Assembly: GCA_027306655.1 (NCBI GenBank)
Contig: DAHUZL010000031.1
Coordinates: forward strand, 830 to 64,829
Length of the DNA: 64,000 nucleotides
Source of the DNA: Candidatus Dormiibacterota bacterium
GTDB lineage: Bacteria > Chloroflexota > Dormibacteria > Aeolococcales > Bog-877
Direction of reading: 5' to 3'
Part shown: piece after piece, positions 30,772 to 37,745 of the stretch
Numbering within the stretch: the first letter of the stretch is position 1
How the letters are laid out: each line of letters opens with the position of its first letter
Position numbers and translations under genes: made by a program
Notes under the pieces: model-generated
Told to the model about the DNA's origin: nothing
Databases searched by the model: none
What the model saw: only the letters and a program-made list of their open reading frames with translations

Positions 30772-31172
30772 TCGAGCCGGCCGGGCTCCTCGACACCTCG
30801 GTGTTCATCGCCCGCGAGGGGGGGCGACCCCTCGGCGAGCTGCCGGCCCGGGTGACGGTGTCGGTGATCACCCTGGGCGAACTCGAACTGGGAGTGCTGA
30901 GCGCTCCCGATGCCGCCTCCCGGGCTCGCCGGGGGGACACTTTGGCTCTCGCCAGGACCGCGGAGCCGGTTCCGATCAGCGAACCCATCATGGGGGCGTG
31001 GGCCCGCCTGGTGGCCGATTGCCGGGCCGCCGGTCTCCAGCGGACGGTCAAGATCACCGACGCGCTGATCGCCGCGACCGCGATCGACCTCGGCGTGCCG
31101 GTGGTGACCCAGGACGAGGACTACGACCAGATCGCGAGAGCGCACCGACCCCTCCACGTCCTCAAGGTGTAG
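30768..31172 (+). CDS. vapC: PIN-domain toxin VapC
   Basis: LLDTSVFIA (first acidic residue), further conserved D/E/D/D positions, and the C-terminal VVTQDEDY. 134 aa. The GTG start overlaps the Phd stop. Confidence 0.8.
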   Translation: MIEPAGLLDTSVFIAREGGRPLGELPARVTVSVITLGELELGVLSAPDAASRARRGDTLALARTAEPVPISEPIMGAWARLVADCRAAGLQRTVKITDALIAATAIDLGVPVVTQDEDYDQIARAHRPLHVLKV

Positions 31173-31274
31173 GGGCCGCTGCCGGGGAACGGGTCGACAG
31201 CCCGGACTGGGCGCGCCGGGCCGCGCTGGCTGGCGCACAGCCGCACGCGTCGGCGAGGGGCGTCGAGCGTATGT

Positions 31275-31280
31275 GTATAA
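31275..31280 (+). promoter_or_regulatory. Perfect TATAAT -10 hexamer just upstream of the second TA module (leaderless or near-leaderless transcript)
   Basis: gtatgtgTATAATatggggtgtggcg. The first candidate start codons (GTG 31289, TTG 31298) lie 9-18 nt downstream. Confidence 0.35.
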
Positions 31281-31288
31281 TATGGGGT

Positions 31289-31519
31289 GTGGCGAGATTG
31301 AACGTCTATCTCCCCGACGATCTGGCCGCCGCGGCGAGGCGGGCGGGTCTCAATGTCTCCGGACTGACCCGCGACGCGGTCCAGCGGGCGCTCACGTCCC
31401 GTTCCACGGACGAATGGCTCGCCACCCTGCGCCCGGTGCCCGCGCACCGGGCGACCCATGGCGGCGTGCTTGCCGCCCTCGACGCGGACCGCGACGAGCT
31501 CGCCACCCGCTGGGGCTGA
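31289..31519 (+). CDS. Ribbon-helix-helix (CopG/VapB-like) antitoxin
   Basis: NVYLPDDLAAAARRAGLNVSGLTRDAVQRAL has the beta-strand plus two-helix RHH pattern. Starts at GTG 31289 or TTG 31298. Sits upstream of, and overlaps, a PIN gene. Confidence 0.6.
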   Translation: MARLNVYLPDDLAAAARRAGLNVSGLTRDAVQRALTSRSTDEWLATLRPVPAHRATHGGVLAALDADRDELATRWG

Positions 31520-31898
31520 GGTCGTCGTCGACGCCTCGGCCCTGGTCGACCTCCTGCTCGGGGGCCCCCTCGGGGACCGGGTGGCGGCGCGGATCGCCGG
31601 CCGCCGACTGCACAGCCCTGCCCACCTCGACGCCGAGGTGCTGTCGGCACTGGGACGGATCCACCGCGCCGGCGACCTGTCGGCGGCAGCGGTCGAGACG
31701 CTGCTGGGGCGCTTGGTCGCGGCCCCGATCGCGCGGCATCCCGTGACCGCGCTCGTGGCCGGCGCCTGGTCCCGGCGCGGCCGCCTGCGCCTGGCCGACG
31801 CCCTCTATGTCGAGCTGGCGGCCGCGCTCGACCTGACGCTGGTGACCACGGACCGCCGGCTGGCAGCTCTCCCCGGTGCCGAGGTGGTCAGCGCCTGA
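31458..31898 (+). CDS. vapC: PIN-domain toxin (VapC family)
   Basis: VVVDASALVDLLLG and the C-terminal LVTTDRRL are PIN hallmarks. The only canonical start is the ATG at 31458, which overlaps the antitoxin by 62 nt; a shorter form with a non-canonical start is possible. Confidence 0.7.
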   Translation: MAACLPPSTRTATSSPPAGAEVVVDASALVDLLLGGPLGDRVAARIAGRRLHSPAHLDAEVLSALGRIHRAGDLSAAAVETLLGRLVAAPIARHPVTALVAGAWSRRGRLRLADALYVELAAALDLTLVTTDRRLAALPGAEVVSA

Positions 31899-31947
31899 CG
31901 GCGCCGATGTGCCGGTCGTGCCGGGCGGCCGGCCGTGGACCCCTCCC

Positions 31948-34900
31948 CTACGCCCGGCGGGCGCCGACCGACTCCGGCCGCGGCGCGTCCGGGCTCGCGC
32001 TCCCAGCGTCCGCGATCGCGCGGGCCCGATCGGCCCACGGCCACGCGCTGAAGTCGGTCAGCGCCGTGATCGCCGCCCGGGCCAGCGGCTCGGAGGCAGC
32101 CGGACGGCCGATCGCGGCCAGCCACTCGGCGTGGTCGAGCCGGGCCCGCGCCAGCCAATAGGGATAGCCGAGACGGCTGAGCGCGTCCTCGGCGGCGGTG
32201 AAGCCGGCCGCAGCCGCGCCCTCGTCGCCGCGGGCGGCGGCCAGGCGGGCTCGGAACCGATCCACCTGGGCCCGCAGGTAGGGGGGGACCCGCCCCGGGG
32301 CCTGGGCCAGCACGGGCGCCAGCAGGCGGTCCACACGCTCCGGGTCGCCTCCGCCGAGCGCGGCCTCGAGGGCGTCGGGGAGGAGCTGACGGGTGATGAT
32401 GTTGCCGAGGCCGAACAGGCCCATCGCCTCCGCCAGCGCCCCGTCCGCCACCTGGAGGGCAGGCCCCGGCTGACCCTCGGCCATCAGCGTCGCGACCTCG
32501 CCCGTGAGGAACGCGAGCCGGCGCTCGGCATGCGCGGTGGCGCGCTCGGCCTCGAGCCGGGCCAGGCCGTCCCGGCACTCCGCGGGCTCTCCCCGCCAGG
32601 CGGCGAGCAGCACCCGGCACCACCCGACGTGCACCGCGAGCGCCCCGCCCGGATCGTCGGCGGCGGGGCGCCCCAGAGCCTCGGTCATCAGCTGGGCGGC
32701 CTCGTCGGCGCAGCCGGCGAAGAGCAGGGCCAGGCCCAGGCTGTGAAGGCTGCTCGCCTCCATCTGTCGCAGGCCGAGGCGGCGGGCCTCCGCCAGGACC
32801 GCTCGCGCCTGGTCGGCGCCACTCGGCACGTCCCAGGCGAGAGCCTCCTCGGTGAGGTTGGAGCGAACCACCAGGCCCTGCCGGAACAGCCCCGCGGCGT
32901 CGGCGGTGTCCGCCGCCAGCCGGTAGTAGGCCTCTGCCTCCCGGATCCTGGCCAGGTTGCTGAGCCAGATCGCCTTGCCGTTGGCCGCGGTGGAGAGGAC
33001 CCGCGGGAGCTCGAGGGCGGCCGACTCGCTGAGGGCGGTCTCGATCAGGGGGCCGGCCTCCTCTCCCCGCCCGGCGACGACCAGCGCCCCGCCGAGTTGG
33101 GCATGCACCGCCGCCCGCACCGCCGCGTTGGCGGCGCCAGGGCCCTCGAGTGCCGCCAGCATTGGACTGAGCCGTGCGATCGCCTCGTCCGGACGACCGA
33201 GGCTGGTCAGCGAGTTGGCGATCTGGGTGGTGACCCGGCCCGCGTCCACCACCCGGTCGGCGGCGGCGTGGATGGCGGCCGCCTGGTCGAAGAGCGCCGC
33301 GGCCCGAGCCGGCTGGCCTGCGTCCAGGGCCGCCTCGCCGGCCGCCTCGGCGTGGCGCGCCACCGCCGCGGGGGTCACCGCCAGGGCCAGCGCCTGCTGG
33401 CTCGCCGCCAGCGCGGCCTCGGGCGCCCCCAGCTCGGCGGCCCGCTGGGCCGCCCGGGCGAAGGCCTCCTCCGCCGCCTCGCGCAGGGGGGTCTCGTCGG
33501 GGTCGCCGAGGGCCGCCTCGAGCGCGCGGAAGCGATGGATCGCGACTGCCTCGGCGACCTCGGCGCCTCCCTCGGCGAAGGTCGCCTCCAGGTGGGTGGC
33601 GGCGGCGAGGTGGTGCGCCTTGCGCTCGGACCGGGTGAGCAGCTCATAGGCGACCTGTCGGAACAGCTGCTGGCCGAAGGCGTACTGGCCGCGCTCCGGA
33701 GAGAGCCGGTCGGCCCGCAGGACCAGGACCTCCTTGCGGACCAGCTGGGCCAGCAGCCGCGCCAGCGCCTCGGGCGGCTGGCCGCCGATCGCTCCCGCGG
33801 CCATGGCCGGGAACGCGCCCGCGAACACGGAGAGGGCGGTCGCCAGCCGGCGCTCGTCGGGGTCGAGGGCATCGAGCCGGGCCGCCAGCAGGGTGGTGAG
33901 CGAGACCGGCAGCGCCAGGGCGTCCGGTTCGCGGAGGACGGTGTAGCTGCCCTCGTCGGTCGCGCGGAGGAAGCCCTGGTCGTGGAGGGCGCGGAGGAGC
34001 TCGGTCACGAACAGGGGAATGCCCTCGGACCGGTCCCGGAGGGCGTCACGGAGGGGAAGCGGGCAGCCGGGGACCAGGGCCTCGATCAGCTCGCTCAGCG
34101 CCGGCGGCGGGAGCGGCTGCACCCACAGGGGGGTGACCGCGCGCCGGGAGCCGAGGTCGGGGCGTCGCTCCAGCAGCTCGGGCCGACCGCTGAGGATGAG
34201 CAGGAGGGGGTGCTCGCCGGACCAGTCGAGCAGGTGGTCGAGGAAGTCGAGCAGGCCCGGGTCGGCCCACTGGGCATCGTCCACCCACACCACGGAGGGA
34301 GCCGTCTGCGCCAGCCGTTCGAGGAAGAGCCGCCAGCCGGCGAAGAGCTCGTCACGGGTGAGGTCGCGGGTGGTCGGCAGGCCGAGCAGGACGGCCAGGG
34401 CCGGCCCCACCCACGCCTGCTCGCCGAGGTCGGGCACGTACGCCGCCAGCCCCGTCTCCAGCTTGGCCGTGGCCGCCGCCGCGTCATCGCTCTCCAGAAG
34501 CCCCAACCGACCGCGGACCACCTGCGCCAGCGCGTAGAAGGCGACCCCCTCGCCGTAGGCGAGGCAGCGGCCGGTGTGCCAGAGGACGGTGGCGCTGAGC
34601 CCGTCGAGGTAGGAGCCGAGCTCGGCCGCCAGCCGGCTCTTCCCCACCCCCGGCGGGCCCAGGAGCAGGATCAGCCGGGCCCGGCGTTCCTCGGCGGTGG
34701 TGTGGTAGAGCTCCTTCAGGGTGGCCAGCTCGCGGGCCCGGCCCACCAGGGGGATCGCCTGCCCCAGGCTGTGGTCCTCGCCGCCGAGCCCGGCCACCAC
34801 CCGGAGCGCGCGGTAGAGGGCCTGGGGCTCCGCCTTGCCCTTGAGGACGTGGGTGCCGGCGTCGGTGAAGCCGATCGCCACCCGCGCCGCCGCCCAGGTG

Positions 34901-35586
34901 GCAGCGTCGGTCAGGACCTGGCCCGGGCCGCCGGCGGCCTGGATCCGGGCTGCGGTGTTGACCAGGTCACCCGCCACCAGCCCCTCGCCCTGGGCCGCCC
35001 AGGTGGCGACCGCCCCGCTGCCGACGCCCGCGCGCGCGGCCAGCTCCCCCGTGCCGCGGGTTTCGCCGTACGCGGGCACGGCGGTCACGATCTCGAGGGC
35101 CGCGCGGACCGCGCGCTCGGCCTGGTCCTCGGTGGCCCGGCCCGCCCCCCACACCGCCATCACCGCGTCGCCGATAAATTTCTCCAGCACCCCCCCGTGA
35201 CGGGTGACCGCTCGGCGGGCGAGGTCGAAGTACCCGGAGAGCAGCTCACGGACGTCCTCGGGGTCGCGTCCCTCGGCCAGCGACGTGAACCCGACCAGGT
35301 CGACGAAGAGGACGGAGACCAGGTGCCGCTCCGAGCCGGCCCGCTGCTCCGGTGGCGGTGCCGGCCCGGCGGACCCGACCGTGCCGGGGACGGCGGCCGC
35401 CGGCTCCGGGGCGGGCCCGGCCAGGAGGGTCGCGCCGCAGTCGGCGCAGTGGCGCTGGTCGGGGCGGATGGCAGCGGCGCCGCAGCGGGGGCAGGCGCTG
35501 GCCAGGGCCGCGCCACAGCTGGCGCAGAACCGCTGGCCCGGCGCCAGCACCGCCGCGCCACAGGCTGGGCATGGGGCCGGATCCAT
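31948..35586 (-). CDS. Multidomain signalling protein, 1212 aa: N-terminal double zinc ribbon, class III adenylate/guanylate cyclase (CHD), AAA_16-type STAND ATPase, and C-terminal TPR-like helical repeats
   Basis: CPACG...CASCG...CPRCG...CADCG (four CxxC); cyclase motifs LVSVLFVDLVGFTSL and KFIGDAVMAVWG; Walker A LLLGPPGVGKS; Walker B/AAA_16 signature VVWVDDAQWAD; then ~650 aa of Ala/Leu-rich helical repeats. Start trimmed to the ATG at 35586 (MDPAPCPACG). Confidence 0.8.
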   Translation of the reverse strand: MDPAPCPACGAAVLAPGQRFCASCGAALASACPRCGAAAIRPDQRHCADCGATLLAGPAPEPAAAVPGTVGSAGPAPPPEQRAGSERHLVSVLFVDLVGFTSLAEGRDPEDVRELLSGYFDLARRAVTRHGGVLEKFIGDAVMAVWGAGRATEDQAERAVRAALEIVTAVPAYGETRGTGELAARAGVGSGAVATWAAQGEGLVAGDLVNTAARIQAAGGPGQVLTDAATWAAARVAIGFTDAGTHVLKGKAEPQALYRALRVVAGLGGEDHSLGQAIPLVGRARELATLKELYHTTAEERRARLILLLGPPGVGKSRLAAELGSYLDGLSATVLWHTGRCLAYGEGVAFYALAQVVRGRLGLLESDDAAAATAKLETGLAAYVPDLGEQAWVGPALAVLLGLPTTRDLTRDELFAGWRLFLERLAQTAPSVVWVDDAQWADPGLLDFLDHLLDWSGEHPLLLILSGRPELLERRPDLGSRRAVTPLWVQPLPPPALSELIEALVPGCPLPLRDALRDRSEGIPLFVTELLRALHDQGFLRATDEGSYTVLREPDALALPVSLTTLLAARLDALDPDERRLATALSVFAGAFPAMAAGAIGGQPPEALARLLAQLVRKEVLVLRADRLSPERGQYAFGQQLFRQVAYELLTRSERKAHHLAAATHLEATFAEGGAEVAEAVAIHRFRALEAALGDPDETPLREAAEEAFARAAQRAAELGAPEAALAASQQALALAVTPAAVARHAEAAGEAALDAGQPARAAALFDQAAAIHAAADRVVDAGRVTTQIANSLTSLGRPDEAIARLSPMLAALEGPGAANAAVRAAVHAQLGGALVVAGRGEEAGPLIETALSESAALELPRVLSTAANGKAIWLSNLARIREAEAYYRLAADTADAAGLFRQGLVVRSNLTEEALAWDVPSGADQARAVLAEARRLGLRQMEASSLHSLGLALLFAGCADEAAQLMTEALGRPAADDPGGALAVHVGWCRVLLAAWRGEPAECRDGLARLEAERATAHAERRLAFLTGEVATLMAEGQPGPALQVADGALAEAMGLFGLGNIITRQLLPDALEAALGGGDPERVDRLLAPVLAQAPGRVPPYLRAQVDRFRARLAAARGDEGAAAAGFTAAEDALSRLGYPYWLARARLDHAEWLAAIGRPAASEPLARAAITALTDFSAWPWADRARAIADAGSASPDAPRPESVGARRA

Positions 35587-35743
35587 CCCTCCCGCCTCTC
35601 CTACGCCGTCGCCACGGCCGGTGCCACGCGCGGAACGTACCACGGGGCGCCGACCCCATGGAGGTCCCCCCCGCTGCTCGGCGGCCCGTGCGGTCCCGTG
35701 CTGCGACGGTGCCGTGCCGACCGAAGACCGCATGCGCCACCGC

Positions 35744-36154
35744 TCATCCGGGGACGATCTCCAGTCGATGCCGGCCGTGGAGTCGGTAGACTCGGAAGTC
35801 GCTGTCCAGGGTGAACACGCGACGATCCCCACGCTCCTCGGCCAGAGCGACGAGAGTGGCGTCGGCGAGGTCCATGGGCAGGTCCGCGTACTTGGTCATC
35901 AGGACGGAGCTGCGCTCCAGGGTTGGCCGAGACAGATCGGCAATCTCCAATCGCCGGCTCAGGACCAGCTTCCACAACGCATCCCGACCCCGTCGGCCGC
36001 CCGCTCGTGACACCAGGTACATGGCCTCGGTGAACGCCGGCCACGTCGTGAGCCACGGGAGGGGGAGCCGCTCCGCGACCATCCGGCACAGCTGGTGGTC
36101 GGGTTCGTCGGCGTCGATCAGCGCGACGAGCGGCCCCGCGTCGGTCAGGGTCAC
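35744..36154 (-). CDS. PIN-domain toxin (VapC-like)
   Basis: LVALIDADEPDH near the N-terminus and the C-terminal FTLDSDF are a PIN acidic-residue pattern. 136 aa. Start overlaps the upstream RHH gene stop (ATGA). Confidence 0.7.
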   Translation of the reverse strand: MTLTDAGPLVALIDADEPDHQLCRMVAERLPLPWLTTWPAFTEAMYLVSRAGGRRGRDALWKLVLSRRLEIADLSRPTLERSSVLMTKYADLPMDLADATLVALAEERGDRRVFTLDSDFRVYRLHGRHRLEIVPG

Positions 36155-36396
36155 GCTGGCGACGAGGGTTCGGCCACGATGTCGGTGAACGTCTCCCCCG
36201 TGCGCCGGGCTCGACCACCGCCGCCATGGACAACGCCGAGCACGTCGGTCAGGTCGTCAGCGTGACCGACCACCAGGGTCGCATCGGCCCGCTCGGCGGC
36301 GGCACGACGGATGAACTCCGACAGTGACTCCCCTCGGACGGCGGCCGCGCGCTGGAGCCTGCCCTCGAGCTCGGGATCGAGCCGAACACTCTTCAT
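36151..36396 (-). CDS. Ribbon-helix-helix (CopG family) antitoxin
   Basis: MKSVRLDPELEGRLQRAAAVRGESLSEFIRRAAAERA has the canonical RHH pattern. 81 aa, immediately upstream of the PIN gene. Confidence 0.7.
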   Translation of the reverse strand: MKSVRLDPELEGRLQRAAAVRGESLSEFIRRAAAERADATLVVGHADDLTDVLGVVHGGGGRARRTGETFTDIVAEPSSPA

Positions 36397-36405
36397 CGCC
36401 CCACG

Positions 36406-36433
36406 GTATCACGAGTTCGGTCAGACGTGATAC
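36406..36433. promoter_or_regulatory. 8-bp perfect inverted repeat (GTATCACG-N12-CGTGATAC) 10-35 nt upstream of the RHH antitoxin start; candidate autoregulatory operator
   Basis: Read directly: ggtatcacgagttcggtcagacgtgatac. Confidence 0.4.
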
Positions 36434-36872
36434 GCATCCGCCCGGGACACCCGCCATCCTCCGGCGTTGCGCCCCACCGCGGTTCGGTGGCGGCGGCCGA
36501 GGGGGCGGTCGGTGAGCGGCACCCGCTGCAGCGCTCCGTCTACGGGGTCCCGGCTCGGGACCGGCGCCCCGCTGATTGCCACGATCCGCCGCACCCCGGC
36601 GGCCTGCATCGCCCGAAGGATGCGGCGCGCGCCCCGGGAGCACACGGTCACGCCGTCCGCACCCCGGTGGGGGCCGAGCGCGGACAGCACCGCTTCGGCG
36701 TCCGCAAGGTCCGTACCGACAGCGGGTCGAAGATGTCGGCCTGGAGGACCCGAAGATTGTGATGCTCCACCCGGAGGCGCGCGGGATCACGGTCCACGGC
36801 GGTGACCTCATGCCCCTGGGCCAACGCCCGCTCCAAGATCGCCCGGTTCCCTCCCATGCGGAACCCCACCGG
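36421..36872 (-). pseudogene. Disrupted NAD(P)-binding NmrA/atypical-SDR-like gene (frameshifted, 3'-truncated)
   Basis: Two overlapping minus-strand ORFs in different frames (36648-37019 and 36421-36690) together align with an NmrA/YwnB-like Rossmann protein (GNRAILERALAQGHEVTAVDRDPARL... then GVRRIVAISGAPV...). There is a frameshift near 36680, and the reading frame ends at 36421 against the RHH-PIN module, so the C-terminal ~60 aa are missing. Confidence 0.5.
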
Positions 36873-37000
36873 GTGGGTGGAGACGGTTCCGGTCGGCCGC
36901 CGTGGCGGAGCCGGTCGAGCGCCGCGTTGGCCGATCGACATGGAGGCGCACCAGCATCGTAGCGACATCGGCTCCGTCGGCAGCCACCCACGGGTCGGCC

Positions 37001-37423
37001 TCATCGGGTCATCTCCCACGGGTCGATCACATCGACCCCCGTGTCCCGAAAGTCCTTGAGGTTCCGCGTTGCCAGGGTGGCATTGTGGGCCCGGCAGATG
37101 GCGGCAATCTGTGCGTCGACGCCATCGATAGGTGCACCGACGCTCTCTCGGTGAGTGACGATCTCTGAATAGGCCACCGCCGCGGTCGCGTCGAAAGGCA
37201 GCACCTGCTCAGGGAAACCGGAGAACACGCCGGCAGCGGAGTGGCGCAGGAGGTCCTTGCGCGGGCCGTCAGGCAGCCGCTCGATGCCGTAGAGGATCTC
37301 GGCAAGCGTGATCGCCGTGGTGTACAGATCGGCGGTGTTGCAGGCTCTCACCCACGCCGTCACCGCTGGTGACGGCGTGGGCTTCATCAGCTCGGAGGTG
37401 ACGTTGGTATCGACGATGATCAT
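37001..37423 (-). CDS. vapC: PIN-domain toxin VapC (FitB-like)
   Basis: MIIVDTNVTSEL N-terminus and conserved acidic positions, ending NLKDFRDTGVDVIDPW. 140 aa. Start overlaps the antitoxin stop (ATGA). Confidence 0.8.
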   Translation of the reverse strand: MIIVDTNVTSELMKPTPSPAVTAWVRACNTADLYTTAITLAEILYGIERLPDGPRKDLLRHSAAGVFSGFPEQVLPFDATAAVAYSEIVTHRESVGAPIDGVDAQIAAICRAHNATLATRNLKDFRDTGVDVIDPWEMTR

Positions 37424-37665
37424 GCAGAGAGGTCGGCCGCCCGTGCCCGGGTCGTCCGACGGGACAGCTCAAGGTCGACGCCTCCGATGTCGCCGAAGCG
37501 GTCTTGTAGGGCAATGAACAGTCCCTCCGGGGGCCGCGGCTGGCTGACGGCGGCGACCAGGATGGAGCGGATCTCCGCCTCCATCGACCGGCCGTGGCGA
37601 GCCGCCCTGACCCGCAACCGTTCCCGCACGTGGTCGTCGAGACCGCGAATGCTCACTGCCGCCAC
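37420..37665 (-). CDS. FitA/VapB-like antitoxin (Arc/MetJ-type RHH, plasmid-stability-like)
   Basis: MAAVSIRGLDDHVRERLRVRAARHGRSMEAEIRSIL matches the FitA/StbC-like pattern. GTG start with a GAAGGAGG SD 7 nt upstream. Confidence 0.65.
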   Translation of the reverse strand: MAAVSIRGLDDHVRERLRVRAARHGRSMEAEIRSILVAAVSQPRPPEGLFIALQDRFGDIGGVDLELSRRTTRARAADLSA

Positions 37666-37685
37666 CGCGGTGCCTCCTTCAGTCC

Positions 37686-37700
37686 GCTAGCAATGCTAGC
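37686..37700. promoter_or_regulatory. Perfect palindrome GCTAGCA-A-TGCTAGC ~20 nt upstream of the FitA-like antitoxin start; candidate operator
   Basis: Read directly: ccgctagcaatgctagcac. Confidence 0.4.
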
Positions 37701-37745
37701 ACACGGGCTGCGACCGATCGATGACCGGCAGGGCCGCTTCGATCG

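Noticed and set aside
30377-37745. Direct repeats / att sites at the island boundaries
   Set aside because: Visual comparison of the 30377-30520 and 37666-37745 flanks found no convincing direct repeat. The insertion mechanism is therefore unresolved, but the island itself stands on gene-content grounds.
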